64,000 nucleotides of DNA, from contig LSRY02000020.1 of NCBI GenBank assembly GCA_001643675.2, positions 744,001-808,000 on the forward strand, in the 5' to 3' direction. Position numbers and translations under genes: made by a program. The stretch comes from Monocercomonoides exilis PA203. Taxonomy: Eukaryota; Protista; Preaxostyla. Shown in pieces: positions 56,836-64,000 of the stretch; within the stretch, counting starts at the first letter, position 1, and each line of letters starts with the position of its first letter. The notes under the pieces were generated by a model, which did not search any database, was not told where the DNA came from, and saw nothing but the letters and a program-made list of their open reading frames with translations.

Positions 56836-59800
56836 ATGTCATTGCCAGTCTCAAATACAGGCTATATTTACGCAAAAATCCAAACGGCAAATCTATCAAC
56901 AACAGATCACAGAAGAGAAAACCATGCAGCTAACTATATTTACAAACCCACAACTTATTTCACTTCAAGATCGATAATGCAAACACCAGAACGCAACAGA
57001 TCGATTGACAGCAGCGACAGATCCACAAAGGCGCTGCCGAAGCCATTTGAAGAACAGGAATACAACCGAAGGATCGTTCTCGAAGATGCACCGTTACAAA
57101 CAAACACAAAATTGTTTTTTGGAGACAATTCAGTTGCAGATCCAAGAAGATTTGTGTTTATTCAACGTTATAATGAAAAAATGGATAAAGATGAACCCAA
57201 ATTTGCGAAGATCGATGCAAAGCAAGCAAAAGAAAAAAATTTTGAAATTGATAGTTACATTGACGAAATTGGGCAAAAGGAAGTGCGACAAGGAAGTACA
57301 TATCATTCGACCATTGAAGAAATTTGCCCAGATTTTAAGCAGAAAAAGCGAAATATTGAAAAGGAAACGAAAAAAGAGCAACTAACAGAGCATAGAAAGA
57401 TCAGCTGCCCTGAAAAGCACCCTTCAGAAGGAAAGCAGATCTGTATTATTTGCGGTGAAGGCCGAAACAGTACCGAGAATTTACAGCGTGCCGAATGTTC
57501 AGATCGTTCATTGGGATCTTTTTATAATGTTAAGAAATTAAATGATACAGCCATTGACAAGATCAGGAGAGATTGTCATAAGATAGAATTCAAAGAAAAT
57601 TTGCCAGTTCAACAAAAGGAACACAATGAAGATGACATCGAAGCAGACGTTACACAGCCGACATCAAAACTCGAAAAGATCAAAGGAAAAGACGATTTAG
57701 ATTCACAGAATACGGAAAATGAAAGAAATTATAAAGAAAGAAGCAATAAAAATAATTACATATTTGACGAAGATGCAAAACAGAAGTTTTCACCTCATTT
57801 TTTAACTTCTAAAGCATTACAAGGAACAACATCTATTACAAAAATTGGAGATGAAGCATCGAATAGCACAGACGAGAATTATAAAACAACGAAAACAATC
57901 GAAAATTTTGAAAATGACGCATTTAAGGAAAATCAAAGAGGAATGAAAATTGAAATGAAAAAAGAAAATATAGGAGATGAAGGAAATACGTTTGAAGAAA
58001 CTTTTTGCGACAATGGAAGAAATACAGAAATTTATGAAAATACCGAAGAAGAAAAATATGGGAATCAAAAAAAGGGAGCAATACCTGATTTTGAATTAAC
58101 ATTACTTAATGAAGCATCATTGAATGATAAATGCACTTACAAGAATGAAGAGAAGTTCAAAAAAGTTGATTCTTCCTTTCTGGAAAAGATCAAAAAGGTT
58201 AATGATTGTTCAAAAGAGAAAAATGTGGATCAATGTGATGATTTTTCTTTGAAAACTTCGAAGGAGATTTCACTTCTAACATCTAAATTTATTACAAAAA
58301 ATGAAGAATTCTTAAAGAAAAAGATGAGCATGAACAAAAAGGAGATGATTATTTCTGAAACAAAATCAATGATATTTTGTAATTTCAGATTGATAAAATC
58401 TCTGAAAAACGATGAACAAACGGTTATTTGCATTTGTGCCAACCAAAGAAAGGCATATCAAGATTATGCAAAAAATGAAATTGAAAATGTGAAAGAAGGA
58501 GATGGGAATTTCGAGCAATGTTCTGAGACAGACGATTTCGGCGATGATGAAAATGCGAAAAAATACAGTTTGTTAAGTGATATATCAGAAGAAAACGTTA
58601 CTGGCGACCATGATGGTGTTATAACTGTTACACACGGGAATCGAAGATTATTTGGAATTGATTCCTTTAAACACTTTTATTGTGGGAGTAATAATAAAAA
58701 TTTTTTAAAGAGAAAATCCTCGAAAAAGAAGGATAATAACCGACCATTGTTAAATCCCAACGAAGAAGCATTAATATATCCGTTAATTTCTACTTTATCA
58801 ATTGAATTTGCTGGAAGCTGTAAGTTGTCAAATTATTCTGATCCCAACTTGATGCACAATCCAGAAAGGTTAATTACTGTTGCTCCTATACAAATTCCAA
58901 ATATAAATATACAAACAAACATCCTCCACAATCTTATAAATAATTCACATCGTTCTATTATTGTCCAGTCATTATCGACAGATACGCACTCACCAACGCC
59001 TTCTCCACAGGAAAACGACCAACAACAACCAGAACAGCAATCACTAGCACCTGTTGGAGTGGCGCTCGCAACGGAATCGCACAATACAGATGCAGCATCA
59101 AATTCAATACTAACTCAATATTCAGAATTAAACAACGATTCAATCTCAACAATTAATACAAACACAGATATTTCTGTAACAGGTGTGCTATTGACGCCGC
59201 CAATGATGAATGTTTATCCGCATTCACGCGAACAAAACAATCAGTTATCGCCCTATATTCCTTCAACTCTTTTATCTGAAGATGATTTCCTTTCCTCAAA
59301 TAATGCTGTGGATAAGGTCCAAAATTATGCAGTCACAGATCCACAAGCATCCGAGAAGACTTTTTTGTGCGATGAAATTTATGATGAATTGCTATTACCA
59401 TCATCCCCTCCTGCTTCAACAACACCATTTACATTTGACACCTCTTCAGCTTCTGCATCTTCAGCTGTTGGGCCTCCGTTGAGGCCTATTTCTTTACCAC
59501 CACTTGCATTAACTCTTTCTATTGCTTCTGATTCATCTACGCTCGCTAGTAACGCTACAAGCCAAGATTCTTCTTTAAACAAGAATGTTGGTAGTAAAAT
59601 CGAGACTCATTGCACTTTGTCCCCTGAAACGCAACCTTTTGTTTTAATGCCTCTAATTGATTCTAATGCCCAAAGCGTTTTAGTCAGTACATCATTTCAA
59701 GCCAGTGAACCTGCATCTTCTTTTGATTCTTGTTGTATTTCAGCATCGTCTGTAACACCTTCACCTTGCTTTGCATCTTCTCCTTCTCTGGCTTCTAATG

Positions 59801-62800
59801 TGAAGTTCTTTGAGACTCTCGATTCTGCTATCAGCCACTCAATGCTGGAACCATCTGATTATTCTCTTCCTGTGCCGATTGGCTCCCAGATTCTGCCTCT
59901 TTTCACACTGGAGTCTTCCGACGCCTTTGCTATGCGCTCCTCATATGCCGCAAACATAACAACTCAACGCAAATCTGTTTATCATTCGACCTGCACAAAG
60001 GCTATGACGCCGAAGACGATTGCGCTCGCTCACCAACGGAAAATCGACCAGAGGTCGCTTCCGCTGCGGTTCTCGTCGACAGCCACGATGCAGCTTGCAC
60101 ATATTCAGTGGATCGACATCAGAGAGACAGAAAAGGAACACAGCAATATATCAATGAATTTACCTTTTCTGGGAGGAAGAAGAAAAAATTATTTCGAACA
60201 GAATCCCTTGATCCAATCTCCGTTTTTGCCTGCGAATGCAATGAATTCTTCGAGTTCAACACCTGCACCATCAGCAATCTCAAAACATCGCATGCTTTGC
60301 ACACCGGTTTATATGCTTGAAAAAGACCTTTGTCACCATCAAAGCCAAGCGACTGAGAATTATGTGACTTTCTCGTATTTCAACATCAAACAAGGAGCAC
60401 ATTCAAAAAGCTCAAAAGCGATAATGCCTTCTGTGCACAAGGGAAGAATAGAACATCCAGAACATTTATCAAACGATGAACAGAATTTGAAGGAAAAATC
60501 CGAACAACAACAATTTTTAAAGATTAAAGTTAATTGCTCAAAAGATGGAGGCCACAACGAAGATACGCGTAAGCTGCCTAAGTATTGCAGCATTGAACAA
60601 GAAGGAGATCAAAAATGTCACTCATCCAATTTTAAGGCTTTGTTCTCTTCAGATGTCACCTCTGCACGTTGCGCATGGCCCACTTTCTCATCGTGTACAA
60701 AAGTGTTCGAGAGATATTATTCTCATTTTCCTCAAAGAAAAGCATCAACGACGATAGAGACAGCCACCAACAACTTTAGTACATCTATTTTAAATGAACC
60801 AACTGTCACTGAAAATACAAAGCCCTCCAATGATTTGTCGCAAAATACATCTGAACTTTCCTGTTTTTCTACCAAAATTACATCAGATTTTCAGAGCACT
60901 GCAATAACATCTTCAAAACGTCACATCAAACTTGATCCTTTGACTTATTCTCTTCATAAAAGGTTCACAGGCCAAACATCAAGTTTTTCAATAGGACAAG
61001 CAAAACCTTCTTCACATAAAAGGAAAAAGATGCTCCTAAAACGAACAATTCCAGAGACAAGTCCCAACAAAGAGCTTTTCAGATTTCTTAGCTTCTGCCC
61101 CAATCGACTTCATCCCCTTCTGGTATATTCAACAAGGCAGATCCTCAAATCACCAAAGATTGCACTTGACATGCTGGAATATGTGCACAGCCCGTTATAT
61201 TCACAGCATCGAGCTGTATCTTCTCTGGACAGTCTTCCTTTCCCTTCTGCTATGCACAGTTTTGTGTACGGCCTGGACATTGCTACAGTTCCTTGGAATA
61301 TTACAGACAAGAAGCAGCTGTGCGAAGCACGTGCTTTCCCTCTGATGAACATCCCCAACGATCTTTTGGTGATGCACGAGCTGTTCTGGCGGCTGCTGCT
61401 TGCGCTGCCGGATCTTCGCGGGCTGCGGATAATTCCGTTCTCAGAGGCGGTCGCAGCACTCGGTGAAGTTGAAGCGTGGGAGCTGATGCGGACGTGTGCG
61501 CTCGGCTGGCGTCAGTCTGGGCAATTGAAAGCACTGAAGAGAGTGGACGGAGATGACTTGTTTGTGGAAGATGATGAAGATCTATTGAACGAATACGAAA
61601 ATGATGCAGAAATGGAATCCATAAAAACTACAGGAGGCAAACACTTGCCCGCCCAGATGCGAAATTGTAGAAAGATGAAGTACCCAAATGAAAACAGATC
61701 AGAAAAGAAGAGACGCACCAAGCAATCACAAGTCAAGCAATCAAGATTGAATGAATTGAATTCAGTGCGGGACTGCTCAGAATACAGCGACAGCAGAAAT
61801 GAAACAGACGAAGATGAAATAGAAAGCATAAACGAGGATCGCAATGATTGCAGTGAATTCAGCCAAAGGGAGATGATGAGGAAGTTTGATGGACTGATAA
61901 ATAGTTGCCTTGTTAGTTCACGTTTTAGCGAAGTCAAAGAAAAGCTTATGCGTCTCAGAGCACTTACCGCAAAAATAGCAAAACTGGACAAAATTTATGA
62001 AAAAGAGGAAGACGAGAGCTGGGTCAGTTGGTCGAACAAGCAACTCACTGGAGTTATTCAAACCGCGGAAGAGTTTTTAATTAGGGAATATGCAGAAGTG
62101 AATGAATGCCAAGCAAATGACATTTTTACTGAAGGAGGTCGGAAGCTTCAGAACATAACTCCAATCTCTGAAGGCTCTTCATTCGCACATTTTGAATCGT
62201 CCGAGGCTCTGCCGTGCTTTGGAATGACTTTAACTTCCAGAGATTTGAAGTTCCCTCCAACCACAACAATTCCTCTAGTCACTTCTCGAATCTTCAAATT
62301 TTCTGAAGAAGAGTTCACAAGCTCCTGTTCTGATGACAGCTTTGCTAACGATGCGCTGTTGTTTGAGCATACACTTCCTTCCGATTGCTATCATGCTTTG
62401 ATGAAAGCTGAGCGTGAAATTTCAATGAACCATCCTTTGTGTAGGATATCTCCCTTAGCCTTTCCAATGCAATCGCAATCACCATCCCTAACCTCTTTGG
62501 GCTTCAGTACAAGTTCAAGTGCATCAGCACTAGAATCTTTCAGAATTTCTCGACCTGCGTATTCTTCACCTCTTAATCCTCTTTCGCTTGCCTCTCCATC
62601 TGCTTCTGCTTCTGCCTCTGCCTCTATCTCTGCTTCTGCTTCAACTTCTGCTTCTCCATCATATCTCTCTTCATCCAGAATTCCTGAAACACCCGAGACG
62701 CTGCATACATCGGCTTCATCTCGCTTTTTATTTTATTCTGATTGTACTTCGCCATTGCCATCACCATCTCCGTCTCGGCCTTTTTCTCCATCGGCTTCTT

Positions 62801-63858
62801 CAACTCCTTTTTGTCCAATACCCTCTGCAATGCCAACAAGTTCTGAATTTCTTCATCCACCGACTCCTCTGACACCAGTACACGAGTATTCTTTCTGCTC
62901 TCCTTTTTCTCTTTCTTCGCCTGAAATGACAGAAAGACTGATGAACTTTTGGTCGTTTTCAAGGATTCCGTCAGCATCTTTCTCATCATCATCTTCTTCT
63001 TTTGCTTTGCCAATGCAGCAGAAGCCTCTTCTGAGCCAAACAAGAGAGATGCTCCCGTTTTTGCTTATTCCTCCGCTTATTGTTCCGCCAAACACAGGAA
63101 AAGATTCTAATGATGCAAAACTCCCATCAAGGATTGTTGATATGCTGACACTATGTTGTGAAGATAGCAGGAAGCATAATATTATGAAGCATCTGATGGA
63201 TGTGAAAGACAAAAAGGCTGTTCTTCCTCCAAGCACTTTGATGAAAATCCAGCAACAACTGCAAAAGTTGACTTCTTTTTCAAAGGAGAAAGAAGAATGT
63301 CATTGTGAGCATTCAGAAAGTGAAGCATACACGCAGCAGCTGCTCACTGGCATTGACAAGAATGGAGAGGAAGAGCAGAAGAACATTTCTAAAGTTGCAG
63401 CTTATCTATCAGGTAGAATTAAACAAGCTAAAAGCGAGGAATCAGATGATCAGAGCATTGCCGATTTGAGCTGCGGGATATGTGACTATTTTGATGACGA
63501 TAAGAAACGTATCTTGTCTTATGCACTTGGGATTTCTCTTGAAACTTTGATGAAATGTGTCTCTCTTCATCGCAAAAAGCGGAACGGAAAGCATATTCAA
63601 CAGCACATTCACGATTTAACACGAGAATCACTGCTAAATAAACAAAAGCAACAGAAACAAAGAATACACAAAACAATTGAGAGAAAGGCATTTGATGGGA
63701 AGTTTAGATGGATTGAACTTGATGATCGACAATTTGATGATGATGAAGGTAACGATGAAGGCAATGATGAAGATGATGAAGTTAATGATGTCAATTTTAT
63801 GAGTGTGAATGATATCGAAGGGGATGATAGCGGTGATGGTTCTTCTTTATTTTTATAA
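56836..63858 (+). CDS. Hypothetical protein (2340 aa), no recognised domain
   Basis: 7-kb uninterrupted ORF with Ser/Pro-rich and acidic segments and one compact hydrophobic block (about 61050-61560). Confidence 0.8.
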   Translation: MSLPVSNTGYIYAKIQTANLSTTDHRRENHAANYIYKPTTYFTSRSIMQTPERNRSIDSSDRSTKALPKPFEEQEYNRRIVLEDAPLQTNTKLFFGDNSVADPRRFVFIQRYNEKMDKDEPKFAKIDAKQAKEKNFEIDSYIDEIGQKEVRQGSTYHSTIEEICPDFKQKKRNIEKETKKEQLTEHRKISCPEKHPSEGKQICIICGEGRNSTENLQRAECSDRSLGSFYNVKKLNDTAIDKIRRDCHKIEFKENLPVQQKEHNEDDIEADVTQPTSKLEKIKGKDDLDSQNTENERNYKERSNKNNYIFDEDAKQKFSPHFLTSKALQGTTSITKIGDEASNSTDENYKTTKTIENFENDAFKENQRGMKIEMKKENIGDEGNTFEETFCDNGRNTEIYENTEEEKYGNQKKGAIPDFELTLLNEASLNDKCTYKNEEKFKKVDSSFLEKIKKVNDCSKEKNVDQCDDFSLKTSKEISLLTSKFITKNEEFLKKKMSMNKKEMIISETKSMIFCNFRLIKSLKNDEQTVICICANQRKAYQDYAKNEIENVKEGDGNFEQCSETDDFGDDENAKKYSLLSDISEENVTGDHDGVITVTHGNRRLFGIDSFKHFYCGSNNKNFLKRKSSKKKDNNRPLLNPNEEALIYPLISTLSIEFAGSCKLSNYSDPNLMHNPERLITVAPIQIPNINIQTNILHNLINNSHRSIIVQSLSTDTHSPTPSPQENDQQQPEQQSLAPVGVALATESHNTDAASNSILTQYSELNNDSISTINTNTDISVTGVLLTPPMMNVYPHSREQNNQLSPYIPSTLLSEDDFLSSNNAVDKVQNYAVTDPQASEKTFLCDEIYDELLLPSSPPASTTPFTFDTSSASASSAVGPPLRPISLPPLALTLSIASDSSTLASNATSQDSSLNKNVGSKIETHCTLSPETQPFVLMPLIDSNAQSVLVSTSFQASEPASSFDSCCISASSVTPSPCFASSPSLASNVKFFETLDSAISHSMLEPSDYSLPVPIGSQILPLFTLESSDAFAMRSSYAANITTQRKSVYHSTCTKAMTPKTIALAHQRKIDQRSLPLRFSSTATMQLAHIQWIDIRETEKEHSNISMNLPFLGGRRKNYFEQNPLIQSPFLPANAMNSSSSTPAPSAISKHRMLCTPVYMLEKDLCHHQSQATENYVTFSYFNIKQGAHSKSSKAIMPSVHKGRIEHPEHLSNDEQNLKEKSEQQQFLKIKVNCSKDGGHNEDTRKLPKYCSIEQEGDQKCHSSNFKALFSSDVTSARCAWPTFSSCTKVFERYYSHFPQRKASTTIETATNNFSTSILNEPTVTENTKPSNDLSQNTSELSCFSTKITSDFQSTAITSSKRHIKLDPLTYSLHKRFTGQTSSFSIGQAKPSSHKRKKMLLKRTIPETSPNKELFRFLSFCPNRLHPLLVYSTRQILKSPKIALDMLEYVHSPLYSQHRAVSSLDSLPFPSAMHSFVYGLDIATVPWNITDKKQLCEARAFPLMNIPNDLLVMHELFWRLLLALPDLRGLRIIPFSEAVAALGEVEAWELMRTCALGWRQSGQLKALKRVDGDDLFVEDDEDLLNEYENDAEMESIKTTGGKHLPAQMRNCRKMKYPNENRSEKKRRTKQSQVKQSRLNELNSVRDCSEYSDSRNETDEDEIESINEDRNDCSEFSQREMMRKFDGLINSCLVSSRFSEVKEKLMRLRALTAKIAKLDKIYEKEEDESWVSWSNKQLTGVIQTAEEFLIREYAEVNECQANDIFTEGGRKLQNITPISEGSSFAHFESSEALPCFGMTLTSRDLKFPPTTTIPLVTSRIFKFSEEEFTSSCSDDSFANDALLFEHTLPSDCYHALMKAEREISMNHPLCRISPLAFPMQSQSPSLTSLGFSTSSSASALESFRISRPAYSSPLNPLSLASPSASASASASISASASTSASPSYLSSSRIPETPETLHTSASSRFLFYSDCTSPLPSPSPSRPFSPSASSTPFCPIPSAMPTSSEFLHPPTPLTPVHEYSFCSPFSLSSPEMTERLMNFWSFSRIPSASFSSSSSSFALPMQQKPLLSQTREMLPFLLIPPLIVPPNTGKDSNDAKLPSRIVDMLTLCCEDSRKHNIMKHLMDVKDKKAVLPPSTLMKIQQQLQKLTSFSKEKEECHCEHSESEAYTQQLLTGIDKNGEEEQKNISKVAAYLSGRIKQAKSEESDDQSIADLSCGICDYFDDDKKRILSYALGISLETLMKCVSLHRKKRNGKHIQQHIHDLTRESLLNKQKQQKQRIHKTIERKAFDGKFRWIELDDRQFDDDEGNDEGNDEDDEVNDVNFMSVNDIEGDDSGDGSSLFL

Positions 63859-64000
63859 TAAGGTGTAAAAGCAATTTTCGAAGCATTTATGAGCATTTTG
63901 AAATACATTGCAAGCAATTTTTTTGCCATTCGGGCTGAAAGAGAATTTGTGAAGATTCAAATCAGAAGCTAATCGAAGAGGGTATTTTTATTAACTTAAA

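Noticed and set aside
1-64000. Alternative genetic code (TAA/TAG read as Gln, as in some oxymonads)
   Set aside because: Conserved genes end at TAA or TAG at the expected positions (RPL27A, RPL7, ThrRS, PP2C), and multi-kb exons have no internal TAR codons.

Overview
Eukaryotic, gene-dense, AT-rich window with short spliceosomal introns (frequent GTTTGA or GTATG donors), the standard genetic code, and proteins bloated by poly-Ser and poly-Glu tracts. The style suggests an oxymonad protist such as Monocercomonoides (inference only). Thirteen protein-coding genes are supported: MED31 (partial), a TPR protein, threonyl-tRNA synthetase, a giant TMEM185-like membrane protein, a giant LRR-PP2C phosphatase, two orphans, a Dim1/Dim2-like thioredoxin-fold protein, RPL7 (uL30), an EVH1 protein, an AREL1-like filamin-HECT E3 ligase, RPL27A (uL15) and a DDX56/Dbp9 helicase. 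Two signals stand out. First, RPL7 is fused in frame behind an N-terminal calponin-homology (CH) domain and lies head-to-head, 71 bp apart, with a minimal Ena/VASP-like EVH1 gene, a candidate ribosome-cytoskeleton tether. Second, two long, near-perfect non-coding palindromes (197 bp and 615 bp arms, about 48 kb apart) are diverged relatives conserved at the loop end (TTTCGGAGAAA) rather than at the outer ends, and are accompanied by decayed relatives. No rRNA, tRNA, CRISPR array or transposase was recognised. All gene models and alignments were made by hand; no database search was run.
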